This document shows, in pieces, positions 33,299-44,447 of a stretch of DNA of 64,000 bases. The notes beneath the pieces were generated by a model that saw only the letters and a program-made list of their open reading frames with translations, made no database searches and had not been told where the DNA came from. A program made the translations under genes and the position numbers. Position 1 is the first letter of the stretch. Every line of letters begins with the position of its first letter. The stretch comes from Epithemia pelagica (Eukaryota > Protista > Bacillariophyta), in NCBI GenBank assembly GCA_946965045.2, contig OX337230.1, positions 1,488,001 through 1,552,000 on the forward strand. The letters are read 5' to 3'.

Positions 33299-35031
33299 CA
33301 GCGCACACGCTTCAACGACAAGGAAACATGCGTTGGTAGGGTAATGGCCTTGGTTTCGGGTGCCAGGATAGTCAAATAATAGTCTAAGCTTTATAGTTCG
33401 TTTTTGGAATACTCCTCATTCACGTCAATGAATCAGACTCTACGACAGGTTGGTTGGATACATAAGTCTCTTATATAGTTAGTCGTATCGAATGTCGTCC
33501 ATTTCCATGTCGACTTCATGAACCGAAGAAAAAAGGTCAAGAACTATTGACGATGATCCATTCTTCGAATAGACCTCGAAATAGTCTTTCCCCGCGATCT
33601 GTTTTACTTTTACTGTACCGTGCTCTACTTCCGGAGACAAGTTCAGAATGAGACATCAACGATGCTAATCTTCTTCTCATTAGCTAGTCCTACTTCCCCC
33701 TTCTACTAGTTAGATATTACTCTCCTAGGAGTACTTACTACTCCTAAGGAAATTGGAATTGGAGAGGGCGGAGAGAGAAGGTAGAACCAGTTATCCGAAC
33801 GAACTATTCCTATCATTGACTAAGAATAACCTATTTATTGAGAAGGAGATAAGAGTTAGGAGTAGCATAATAGGAAATAGGAGCATTATGAATAAAGAAA
33901 GATGACAGAAGACAGAAGACATGACCCATTTTCATTTTATCAATATCATCCATTCCCGATTCCCATTACTATTACTCCTCTACGAGTATTCTACATTCTA
34001 CTCTTATTTTTTCCGTTCCATGATATATGCTATCTACCTTACTTGCGTATTCATAGGGTATAGGGTACATAGAATTACTAGGAGTAGGTAGTATGTACTA
34101 TGTAGATTGTAGATGTCAAATCTTTTTCAAGTGTGAAGCAGCCAACTTTCTAGCGTGTATGCATGGAAGTTTTATAATTTCATCGCTTAGGAGAGGGATG
34201 ACATCATAATTCAACATAACATTTTAGTCTACTCTCTAGGACCGAGATTTCTTCATTACATGACAAGAGAGATAGGAAACGCCTCCTACCTTGGTTTCGA
34301 TCCCTCAGCTTTTAGGTTGCTTGCAAATCGCAATGACAATGAGGAACAGAAAAAATTCAACTGTGACTGAACAATGCTCTAATTTTAAAACAGCTAGGAG
34401 CTAGGAGTATCAGCTATCAGCTGGTCGTTCCTACCTCCTAGTAGTACCTGCTAGGCATTCTCGACAATCGACATGGAATGAACTATTCGCCATTACGATT
34501 CTTGATGTCAACCATAGTCCAACGAATGGATCGACGAGAAAGGATGGAGGCATGAGATTTTACAACATTCGCAAAGCACTACATGGTGCTGAGGTCTGCA
34601 TTGATGGATCAAAGGATGTCTCCTCCAAGTTGAAATAATGTTGCGCCTAGCACTACATTTGCAGGGTAGTGGAGAAGTGGAGAGCAAGATGCATGGGATG
34701 GAGCGCTCTAGAGAAGTCTCGAACCTCACAAGTCACACCGCCAGTTTGTGAAAACCTGTACCCGACTGAATGGTCGAATTTGCACAGAGTCTAAGGACGT
34801 ATACTCTAGGGGATAATGGAATGACACAGGGAATCCGAGAGGACAACACCAGAGACCTGTAAAATTGCCAAGAGTCCTATTATGTTATGCTACTCGAGGA
34901 TGAACAAGTTTAACTCTGTTCGCTTCATGCAAGTAGCCGCGTCAATCGGCAAGATGGACAACGGAACAATGATGGGACCCTGGTGCAACTAGGTAGAAAA
35001 GGTTGATGCAGGAGATCTTCATAAAAATAAC

Positions 35032-36984
35032 TCATAAAATACCACGTCCTCCGGATCCAGAGAGTTTGGCGGCATAGCACATGGTGGCAACTTCCACTTC
35101 TTGACTCTGCATTGCTTGAGCAATCATGGCATCTTCTTGTTCGGTCGCAGTAGTACTGCCCGTGTTGCAACGTCCACCTTCGCGTGGAAACTCGGAACCG
35201 GACAAGGATGAGGAGGAAGACCACGAACTAGATGATCGTGTTGTCGAGGTACTGGAGGACACACTGCTGGTAAATCTTTGGCTCGACAAAGAAGACCGAG
35301 AGGTGGCAGGTGAGACTTGATGACACACAGTGCAATAAATATTTTTGGAGGTGCTTGAAACTTGCAGATGTGACTGACAGTGGGGGCACTGAAACAGAAC
35401 TGCCAAACCTTCCGAAATGGCCTTGAACACGTGTTGTGTTCCCCTAATCCTCATTCGTTTGCCATCTTCCAGCTGCGTAATGCGATCGCGTTGATGATCA
35501 TCCTCGTTGCTGCAGTGGGACGAACGAGGATATGATTCGCGAAACTGACTGGAGGAAATGGGGCTTGGACTAGTCTTTTCTGTTGCCTTCAAGTCCTTCG
35601 GTGTTAAAACAGCCAATGAGGAATGGTAGTCATGATCTTCGAAGCAACCTTTATTTGCATCATCATCTTCATCATTATTATCATGGATGGGCAACCGAGG
35701 ATATGGTGGGAACAAAGATGAGGATGGATGTTTTAGGGGCCACGCGTCATTGCTAAGAGAGGTTTCTCTTGCAGGAGGAAAACCGCGCGGCGCTGCGTGC
35801 ATCTGGAGACGAGATGACCCTGTCTCCGGGATCGCGGGAATAGAAACTCGACTCTGCTCATTGAATGGAGATGGTCGGTCAAAGCAAGCTGGGGTGGAAC
35901 CTTTTTCCAACCGAAAGCTTTCTTCGGAAGCCTGGAAACCTGGTGGATTCTTACGCCGGTCTGCCTGCAAGAAGACGTGTCGCTCCGGTGGTTCTTGCAT
36001 AGTCCGAGGAGACGGGGGCCAGGTGGTGGGAGCCATAACATTGGTAGCAGCATCTCGGTCTGTTTCTTCTTCCCGAATGCCGTATGCGACACCCTGGACC
36101 TGGCCGTAAGGCTCTTTTTGCTCTTCTTGAAGTAGTTCTTGTTGTTTCTGTTCTTGATACTTGAGGCGTTGGTTCTCTAGCTGAATTTGCTTGAGAATTT
36201 CCACTTGTTCTTGTACAATGATATTTTCGCTGCGCTCAACCAAAGGATTGGAAGCGCTATGTCCGTGCCTCGAACTATTCTTTTCTTGATCCGGATGATA
36301 CCGCAAAGAATGAAAGCCATTGACACTCGAGGTTCCATCAGAAGAAGAAATGAATTCGTTGTTGTGGAAGGATTCGTCCTTGTTCTTGTGGTCCTTCCCT
36401 GTTTGGATACCGTTGTGACCTCGTTCGAGTGGTATACCAGACAAAGTAGGAACCGGCTGTTGTAGTGGCCACTGCCGTTGTTGTGACCCTTCGCTTAAAT
36501 TCAATGATTCTAATGAGGGGTACAGCGAACGACGCGGCAACTGGAGCCCTGTGGCCATTGCACGAGGTGCTCGTCCTCGTAGAGCATTGTCCTCATCGTT
36601 GGGAATCACTGGATAGATACTCCGATGGGAGCTCGCGGTTTTTGACCCTACACCCAGTGGTAACTTGTCATCATCATCGGGCGGAAGTTCTGGATACAAT
36701 CGATTCAAACAATGCCTTGGTGAAGGTAAGCGGCTCCCAGTTGGTTTCTTATCTCTATTCATCCTGCCGTCCTCTTCCTTCTTGTTAGCAGCAGAGATGA
36801 AAATGGATAAAAATAGGACCGCCTTGAAAGAACTGTGCAGAACCAAACACAAAACTTCCCTTGAAAGGACTGTTTCACCTCTCTTCTTTATTCGCCATGA
36901 CAGGTTGCAGAATAGGTCACCTCTTACGTTTTCAATTCTGACACCGCTCTTCTGGATACAAGGCTTTAACGCCAATTTTCGCAA
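35032..36984 (-). CDS. Hypothetical low-complexity protein with C-terminal CxxC...CxxC zinc ribbon
   Basis: 650-codon ORF with CPHCQSHLQV...YCTVCHQVSP. True start uncertain (possibly MNRDKK). Confidence 0.65.
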   Translation of the reverse strand: MRKLALKPCIQKSGVRIENVRGDLFCNLSWRIKKRGETVLSREVLCLVLHSSFKAVLFLSIFISAANKKEEDGRMNRDKKPTGSRLPSPRHCLNRLYPELPPDDDDKLPLGVGSKTASSHRSIYPVIPNDEDNALRGRAPRAMATGLQLPRRSLYPSLESLNLSEGSQQRQWPLQQPVPTLSGIPLERGHNGIQTGKDHKNKDESFHNNEFISSSDGTSSVNGFHSLRYHPDQEKNSSRHGHSASNPLVERSENIIVQEQVEILKQIQLENQRLKYQEQKQQELLQEEQKEPYGQVQGVAYGIREEETDRDAATNVMAPTTWPPSPRTMQEPPERHVFLQADRRKNPPGFQASEESFRLEKGSTPACFDRPSPFNEQSRVSIPAIPETGSSRLQMHAAPRGFPPARETSLSNDAWPLKHPSSSLFPPYPRLPIHDNNDEDDDANKGCFEDHDYHSSLAVLTPKDLKATEKTSPSPISSSQFRESYPRSSHCSNEDDHQRDRITQLEDGKRMRIRGTQHVFKAISEGLAVLFQCPHCQSHLQVSSTSKNIYCTVCHQVSPATSRSSLSSQRFTSSVSSSTSTTRSSSSWSSSSSLSGSEFPREGGRCNTGSTTATEQEDAMIAQAMQSQEVEVATMCYAAKLSGSGGRGIL

Positions 36985-37264
36985 GACAGGGATGGTGGTG
37001 CCAAAAGTCCCTTTGTCCTCTCAGTCGTCCAGTGACTCCCACTGTTTGGACAAGCGCCTCCTTCATCGTTTTCCTTTGCATTTTGCATACAACACCTTGT
37101 TTTCTTCGGAGGAAAACAGCGGACACAAATCACACAAACAGCGGCAGCAATCTGTTTGAACGAAGAAACTCGTTGTACTCGTATCCATAGCCCGAACTTT
37201 AAGTGAGCTCGTCGATGCTCACTTCTTCCCCTTCCAACTTCCAGATGCCACTTTGCCTAATTAT

Positions 37265-37787
37265 TGACAAAAGATGAAGGACTCCGGTCGTTACGACACA
37301 ACAATCAAAGATACAACAAAGCGTTAGACAATTCAAGGCACCAACCACGTAGCCAATCCCCCACGGGTCAAGGAAAAGGCCAACAACTACTAGAAGAGTA
37401 GGTAGGACACAAAGAGATGTGATGATGATGCTTTTTAGAATTGTGAGTGTTATCGTCTATGTTAGTGCTCGTTGTTGTTGTTTCCCCTTTTCCATCCATT
37501 TGTACTAGGTACGTAGAAATCTACACGCAGCATTGCTGGTTCGTGTGCATCTGACATCTAGATCGCATTCAATCGTCCCAAGATATCGCACATGTTCATG
37601 GATGATGTCTAGCTCATGTCCAAGGCCATTGAAAGCGCCTCCTATCGTATTCCCTTTCTCCCCATTGTCTAAACTACGATCTACATGTGCTAGGTGTTTG
37701 TATATTATGACGTCACAGCCAGATGAAACCACTAGGTATTGATCGTGACTCATCGTACGATCAGTCACGGTCATCTACCTTGTGCGA
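37265..37787 (-). repeat. 3' LTR of element 2 (TC...CA termini)
   Basis: Direct repeat of 44448-44970. Confidence 0.95.
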
Positions 37788-40700
37788 CTCCCCTTTCGTC
37801 TGTCTGTCTTGTTTTGGTTCATTGATCTTATCGTTCAAAGCACTAACATCACCTCGCCAGAATAGCAGAGGTTTAAGGAGTGGCCATCCCGTGACAAAAT
37901 CCCAATTTTTAGTCAACACGTCAGCGGGATTGGTCTTGCCATCCTTCCAGTAAAACTTGATAGCCTTCGATGCCATACACTCACGTACACGGTTGTAGCT
38001 CAGAAAATGATGGCGTTTGCTAAGGATTGAATGTGGTACCGTACTATTGGTTACCACTGACTTGTTATCTCCGAATAGGTAGCTACAATCTCGTAGTGGT
38101 ACTCCTAGGTAACGAAGAAAAATGCGTAGTTCCATGATTTGATCACATGCAATCCGTGCAGAGACAAATTCAGAGCCAAAGGTTGCAGTCTCAACCGTTG
38201 CCTGTCGCTTGGAGTACCAGTCCATGGGAGTTCCATTGACTAGGTGTAGAATCCCAGATGCTGATCTCCCCGTAATCATGTCGTGCTTTAGGTTAGCATC
38301 GACATAGGTAGTTGTAACAACGGGTAGACCCTTAGGTTCCGGTGCATCTCTTGGAACTTCCTCTCGTGCTCCATCGTAAACGCGGAACCAGTCATAGTTT
38401 TGGTCTGGCAGATTGGAGTAGTCTGGTTCATGTAGTCTAAAACGGATTGCTCCATGATACATGCCTGCTAGGTATCCAACAACTCGTTTTGCACGTTCCA
38501 AATGGCCAATTCGTGGAGCGGCACGGAATCTAGCCAATGTCATGACGGAAGTGAAGATGTCAAAACGACCTATAGTCACCACCCATTGCAGTTGCCCTAT
38601 AATGGATTGATAGATGGCAATGTCCTTTTCTTCACATAGCTCGCTATCATCTAGTTCAGGATGATCTTGCCGGTCTAATGGAGTCTTGTACTTTTTCGGT
38701 TTGTTCCCGAATAAGATTTCGTATCCTTCGAGTATCTTCTCAACGTATCGTCTGGGGTCCCCAACCAATGTTCCATCTGGTTCTCTCTTGTATGTACACC
38801 CTAGGTGATATGCTATTGGGCCCACACCTTTGAGTTTGAATTTAAATTTTTCAGTGAAAGTATCACAAATTTCTTTCGGGTTCTTTGCAGCAATTGCTAG
38901 GTTGTCTACGTAAACTGCTATGTACTCGTAGACGCCGTGCTCTTCGTTTAGCTTAAACCAGATGTCAGGTTCAATCTTGCATGGTTTAAATCCCATTTCT
39001 TGTAAAACGTCGTAGAGTTTATCATGCCATCGTGCTCCACTGGTCACAAGCCCGTAAAGTGCCTTATCAAAAATCAAGATTTTTCCTTCCAAATCTCCAA
39101 ATTCAGGACCAGCTATGATAAATAGCTTCTCCTTTGTTTGTGCTTCTAGGTAAGCATTTCCAATGTCAGCTGCCCAGATCTCCAGCTTGTTCAGTTCACT
39201 GAGGAAGATAACTAGACGTAGGCCACGTATTGATACCACTCCTGAGTAGCTTGACATAGATGGGTCTCGTATAGTCAAATGCCCATCAGCTACAAGTCTA
39301 GCTTTTCGACGTCCATCATGTTTGACATCGAAAACTAGGTGAACTCTCAACCGTTGGTATCCTTCAGGAGCATTCATAAGCTTCCCATTTTGAAAAATAG
39401 CCTTATCCCGAACTAGGAATGTCTTATATTGATGAATGACTTGATCTAGCTCGAGTTCAGTTGCTTTTGACCATAAGTTATTCTTGTTCTGAACATCTAG
39501 CAGGATAGCTTCATCATAATCCCGTGGGACTTGCACGCCAAAACGGTACTTGATTTGCGCGCGAGAGTTACGCCGGATCATCTTTTTCTTGGCTTGCTGC
39601 AAATGTCGACGGAGTGTCTTGATGAGTCGTTTTTCAGTCTTGACGTATTTAGCTAGGTGCTTCCAGCCATCTAAGTCGAGTAGTCCATTATTCTTGGCAT
39701 AGATAGCGCATAGCAAAGGATCATCACTAGCTATAAAAGAAAGAGGCTCATAGCTAGTCTCCCCATTTTCCCATTCGACAAGAACGTTGTAGCTAGATCC
39801 CTTGTAATGAGCATCAGTAGGTTTGAGAGGACCTTGATGAGCAGTGATTTGCCGCATGCGATACTCTTGCTCAGAGAAAACAACGTCGTCAGGATCATGA
39901 TCTAGATGATTGAGAAGTTCGTTGTAAGTGACAATCTCACGAAGGCGACCTTCATCATATTCCACTTCAAAACTGAGGTCTTCAAAACGTTTTCGGTCAC
40001 GATAAGCTTGATCTTGGACCATAGCAACAACTAACCCACGGAAACGCTCCCCAGTTTCCAGTTTAGGGCCAAGAAATTTACGGCCAAGTAGATCATGTGG
40101 ATCTATAGTAGGCATAGGAGGTGTAGATCCAGAAGAACTATCTTCATGACGACCTCTGACATGAACTATCTCCCCTTTTTCTGGATCTAGACGTCGGTTA
40201 GGTAAAGAAGAGGTAGCACTACGAATAGTAGATCGAAACAAAATCGTAGAGGTCGCATCAGTAAGGATCTTCCATGTTAATGGATCCCCAACTCCAGTAC
40301 CAAAACCTACCCAACGACCTTTAGATTCATTACCAGTAGAAGGGTAAGAAGATCGATCAGGATCATAAGAAAAATAAATTGGTTCCCAGAAATAATGAGC
40401 AAGTAAGAAACTAACATCAGGAGTGGAGCCCGTCAGGCGCTCAATGGGGGTGCGACCGTTAAGCGCCGGCGAAGCAAGGTGGTTAAGCACGGTCGACGCA
40501 TAGTCTAGAGCAAGTAACCAGCAGCTAGGTGGACAACCAGAGGTATTGAGAATAAGATTAGTCCAGCGCTTAAGAGTAGAGTACCGATTTTCAGCAAAAT
40601 TCTGATGCTGATGATGAGGTTCAGATGTGTACTGAGAAATAAACAAAGACCGTAGGATGTCTTGTACTTTCTTAGAAACTAAAGCCTGAGCACGATCACT

Positions 40701-42980
40701 GATTAAAACGTCCATAGCTCCCCGTAGTCGGATATTATCCTCAAGGGTATTGACGAATTGAGCATCAGATTTGACTCCATACACATCGCAAACAAGGGTA
40801 TCTCTTCCAACAAAAATCTGAGCAGCCTTAGAACCATTATCAATAGCAGGTGTATCAGCAAAGACTGTATCAGTGGCAACCCCTTCACGACGACGACCGA
40901 TATTGAGCACAGGGTTACGAGTGCGAAAGTGCTTCTTGAGATAATCATGAGGGGAAAATCCCACATAGCGTGTAGAAACCTTAAAGGTATTAGCTATGCT
41001 ATCAGCCGATGCCCAAGCAAAATAAGGACGTAGGGCTTCAAAATCTTCAGATTTCAGAGATTGTTGATGATAACGACTGTGTTGAAAGTCGACAGCACCA
41101 GCTAGGTTTGTCTGTTGATGAAGGGTAAGAATCTGGGAAACTAGGTTGACGCGATGAACATAGTCTCCAGTCGCAGAAAAATCACGATCAATAGGGTCTG
41201 GGTTGACAAGATCCATCCAATCAGAATGTGTATCAGGATTGGACGAATGAGAATGATCCATGACGTCAGGATTCCATTCATCGGGTGACGTAAAGACGAC
41301 ATGAGGATAGGTAGCTAGGTCATTATCAGTAGGAATGCCGAGACTATCCAAATAGACAAGTCCACTCTTAAAGATCAAAGGTAAGGCATAACCGTCTAGA
41401 GTCTCAATACGCTGTCGACCACCGACAAGAACTGACTTGTCATCAACAAGAGTCTTGAAATATTCCATTTGTGGCGGAGAGTGAATCGAACGACCTTTGC
41501 CAAGGTAAGCATACTCATGGAAAATACCAACGATTGTACCTAGCTGTGTAGAATAAAGACCTGCAGCGGTAACAATGTCCAAACCAGTTACCTCGTGATT
41601 ATCAATGCCAATAATGTTAATCTTTCGACCAGTTTTGTGGATAATCTTCAAATCACTCCCAGCTAAACCGCCATTGGCCCCTCTATCAATCAACTGAAAG
41701 GTAGGATTAAGGTTAGCCTTGGAGAAGCGATAGGTAGCATTGATAGAGAAACTAACACCCTTAGATTTAGCCTTGTTGGCAGAAAGGACGCGCTGAATAT
41801 CAGATTCAGGATAATCAGTTTGCTCATGTAACATTGTGAGAAGCTGATCAGGACTAGGATCAGACTCAGTAGCAACAGCAGCTTCTTGGCAAGCTTCTTC
41901 AGTATTATCAGTAGCTGTTGGATTTTCATCAGCAGATGATGCACTAACCTCATGTAGGTTCGTTTGACGAGGTTTAGAATTAGGTGAGTTAGCCAAGATA
42001 CGTTTATTGTGTGCTTTTAGCATCTCTTTAACTTCATCTGAAGTAGCATCCCAAATATCCTTAGGGAGAAAAATACGCTGAGTACGAGTATCAATGCGAT
42101 TACGAGACCGATTAGCTTGAAAAATAGATACAAGATCCTCTTGAATGAAATCATCATGAGAACTAGAATGATCAGAGTCAAAAATATCGTGATCACACTG
42201 TTGGGAAGCATAAGCTCGTCGTTTAGATCCATTCTTGCTAGCTAAGTGCTGATCAAATTGAAAAGCAGCATTAGTCAACACACGATAGTAGTCATCATAG
42301 GACATCTTTGCATGAGTCCCAGATTGGGATTTAAGAAAATCATCGAAAATCTTGACACGTCGAAGATCTTCATTACCATCCACAGCTTGCATGAGAAAAG
42401 TAGTACGTGAAAAATCAGGTAGCTTTTGGCTAGAATCACATAGACTATCTAAAAGACGTAGTTGTTCATTGAAATGAAGCAAGAACTGGGATGTAGTGCC
42501 TCTCCATGCTGAATCAAGACGAATGTTTGTAAGATAGGCAGTGAGACGCATGATTTCCTTGCGTGACAACTCGGAGTCCGTATGATGAGTGCGTAACTCA
42601 TCTAGGACGGCTGTAGCATCCATGTCCGTAGTATGGGCACGAATGATAGCACGACCTTTATCAGTTTGTAAACAACGAACTAAAACTGAATATAGAAAGA
42701 TCTGTTGTTCTCGGTAAAGAGCAGAGGCAGCAGGATCTGTGGAATCCACAACAAAAGAAGGATCCAAAACATTGCCTAATCCTTGAGCAAGTGCAGTAGC
42801 ACGAAAACTACGCATAAAGGGGTCATAGTTTTTCTCTTCCTTGAGTACTTCATATGCCGTTGAGTCGCGTTTAATGCCTTTACGAAAGGTAGTCAAATCT
42901 TGCTGGGACTGAGACGAGTTAGACATAGTAGACTTCCCCCCCGGAGTGCCAAGAGATGGAGTACCTGGAGTAGACGGCAC
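37761..42980 (-). CDS. Copia gag-pol polyprotein (frame open to about 43154; RT motif reads YVDN)
   Basis: PR LIDRGANGG; INT ATDT/LISD/AENRY; chromo-like VLVEWENGE; RT WAADIGNAYL, KALYGL, YVDN; RH YVDAN, ETATFGSEF, LFGDN, NPADVLTK. Confidence 0.95.
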   Translation of the reverse strand: MPSTPGTPSLGTPGGKSTMSNSSQSQQDLTTFRKGIKRDSTAYEVLKEEKNYDPFMRSFRATALAQGLGNVLDPSFVVDSTDPAASALYREQQIFLYSVLVRCLQTDKGRAIIRAHTTDMDATAVLDELRTHHTDSELSRKEIMRLTAYLTNIRLDSAWRGTTSQFLLHFNEQLRLLDSLCDSSQKLPDFSRTTFLMQAVDGNEDLRRVKIFDDFLKSQSGTHAKMSYDDYYRVLTNAAFQFDQHLASKNGSKRRAYASQQCDHDIFDSDHSSSHDDFIQEDLVSIFQANRSRNRIDTRTQRIFLPKDIWDATSDEVKEMLKAHNKRILANSPNSKPRQTNLHEVSASSADENPTATDNTEEACQEAAVATESDPSPDQLLTMLHEQTDYPESDIQRVLSANKAKSKGVSFSINATYRFSKANLNPTFQLIDRGANGGLAGSDLKIIHKTGRKINIIGIDNHEVTGLDIVTAAGLYSTQLGTIVGIFHEYAYLGKGRSIHSPPQMEYFKTLVDDKSVLVGGRQRIETLDGYALPLIFKSGLVYLDSLGIPTDNDLATYPHVVFTSPDEWNPDVMDHSHSSNPDTHSDWMDLVNPDPIDRDFSATGDYVHRVNLVSQILTLHQQTNLAGAVDFQHSRYHQQSLKSEDFEALRPYFAWASADSIANTFKVSTRYVGFSPHDYLKKHFRTRNPVLNIGRRREGVATDTVFADTPAIDNGSKAAQIFVGRDTLVCDVYGVKSDAQFVNTLEDNIRLRGAMDVLISDRAQALVSKKVQDILRSLFISQYTSEPHHQHQNFAENRYSTLKRWTNLILNTSGCPPSCWLLALDYASTVLNHLASPALNGRTPIERLTGSTPDVSFLLAHYFWEPIYFSYDPDRSSYPSTGNESKGRWVGFGTGVGDPLTWKILTDATSTILFRSTIRSATSSLPNRRLDPEKGEIVHVRGRHEDSSSGSTPPMPTIDPHDLLGRKFLGPKLETGERFRGLVVAMVQDQAYRDRKRFEDLSFEVEYDEGRLREIVTYNELLNHLDHDPDDVVFSEQEYRMRQITAHQGPLKPTDAHYKGSSYNVLVEWENGETSYEPLSFIASDDPLLCAIYAKNNGLLDLDGWKHLAKYVKTEKRLIKTLRRHLQQAKKKMIRRNSRAQIKYRFGVQVPRDYDEAILLDVQNKNNLWSKATELELDQVIHQYKTFLVRDKAIFQNGKLMNAPEGYQRLRVHLVFDVKHDGRRKARLVADGHLTIRDPSMSSYSGVVSIRGLRLVIFLSELNKLEIWAADIGNAYLEAQTKEKLFIIAGPEFGDLEGKILIFDKALYGLVTSGARWHDKLYDVLQEMGFKPCKIEPDIWFKLNEEHGVYEYIAVYVDNLAIAAKNPKEICDTFTEKFKFKLKGVGPIAYHLGCTYKREPDGTLVGDPRRYVEKILEGYEILFGNKPKKYKTPLDRQDHPELDDSELCEEKDIAIYQSIIGQLQWVVTIGRFDIFTSVMTLARFRAAPRIGHLERAKRVVGYLAGMYHGAIRFRLHEPDYSNLPDQNYDWFRVYDGAREEVPRDAPEPKGLPVVTTTYVDANLKHDMITGRSASGILHLVNGTPMDWYSKRQATVETATFGSEFVSARIACDQIMELRIFLRYLGVPLRDCSYLFGDNKSVVTNSTVPHSILSKRHHFLSYNRVRECMASKAIKFYWKDGKTNPADVLTKNWDFVTGWPLLKPLLFWRGDVSALNDKINEPKQDRQTKGESHKVDDRD

Positions 42981-43057
42981 GTTTAAGGCCCGAGACTGAG
43001 AAGAAGTAGGGAAATAAGTCCCGATGCGAAACCGACCATAATCCTCGCGAGTAAGTG

Positions 43058-43375
43058 CTAACCAGTCATCAGCACCAAAGAAACGTTGGGCGAGAGAGTG
43101 AAGATGATTAGCCCAAAGAAGGAAAGCACGAATGTAGGATGTAATTTCTGGGTCTTAGGCTGTCGCTTAGTTTTAAATTCAAGGTCATCCGCAAGGGTTT
43201 CAGGTTCGAAGACATACAACTCAAGAAACTCAGAGAAGTTTAAAAACTTGTGATGAGTAAACCAGTCTTGGAAATCAGAAAGGCGATCTGGGGGTTGATT
43301 CAAGATCGTAGTAAAGATGTGCTGAAAAACTGGATCCTGGGAAAGATCTACTGCATTCTCAGTCGGTTCCGTCAT
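43058..43375 (-). pseudogene. Gag N-terminus of element 2, out of frame (-1) with the main ORF
   Basis: PVFQHIFTTIL resembles QVFNHITQNL of element 1; overlaps the main frame at 43058-43154. Confidence 0.7.
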
Positions 43376-44433
43376 GATATCAGTAAACTAGGTAGAACTA
43401 GGTGAAAAACTTGAATATCTTGAGCGAAGATAGGATGAAGTTACTACTGAAGAGCCCTCTGAATCAAATTCACCAGGTAGTAGCCTACTTGTATCCGTCT
43501 CCAAAAACTTGAAAAACTTGAAAATAAAACCAAATAAAACACTTGAAATCAAACCGATTGAAAATAAAACTCCAAGCAGAGGTGCTATTCAGAACCGGGA
43601 GCAATGTCACGGGGCTCGCTGAGCGAAGCTAATTAGAATGTGACGCGCTTCCACTGCAGTCTTTAGGCTAGGTTGCTACCCGAGGGTAACGAAGAACTAG
43701 CAAGATCTGACGGTGTCTGTTCTTGACTCCACACACCGGGATTGCCAATCCCTAGCCCAAACTCCACGTGTAGGAAGGAAAAAGAAGCGATCAAAAGGCG
43801 GGAAAGACCAAGAACAATCGCGCACCAGGAAGGTAACGTCTGGCGGTTAAGCAATCTGTCCACAGCGCAAAGATAGAGAGCCTGATCGCTTGGCGGGCGA
43901 CAGCAACAGATGCGTTGTTAGTAACGAACACGTGTGCCGGAGCACGCGAAGTAGTACCTGTTGAGTACCTTAACTTCGCCCCCTGACGGTATCCAGCCGG
44001 TCTGGCAAGGATCGCCCTCTTTTCGGCCTTGCGGCTTACTTGTACGTAAAGTACGGGATGGGGATACGACAGTCTCGCGGGGACTGGGAGTTGGGTTGCC
44101 CGTGGGATTGGTTACCTCGGATAGTTCCCCCAACTCTGTTTTCCGACACAGACAAGAAACGACGAAAAACAAAATTCGATGCCGACAATGAAGATTTTTC
44201 GACAACGATAAGACGACAACCAACCGACCCAACAACCAACCAAATGGATGAATCGATCGAATATGACGAGACGGAGAGGACGGGATATGAGAATCAATCC
44301 CTCCGAACGAATTTCACCTTCGGAAGTAAGAGCAAACCCAACAAACACAAACAACGCAAGAGATCGGTCAAAGACAACAATCAACCAAACGATTCGGAAA
44401 GGAAACGAGAACAACAATCAACAGGCGTGCTGT

Positions 44434-44447
44434 TGAGACTGTTAATC
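44434..44447 (-). promoter_or_regulatory. Primer-binding site of element 2 (GATTAACAGTCTCA)
   Basis: Abuts the 5' LTR; identical to 2161-2174. Confidence 0.8.
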
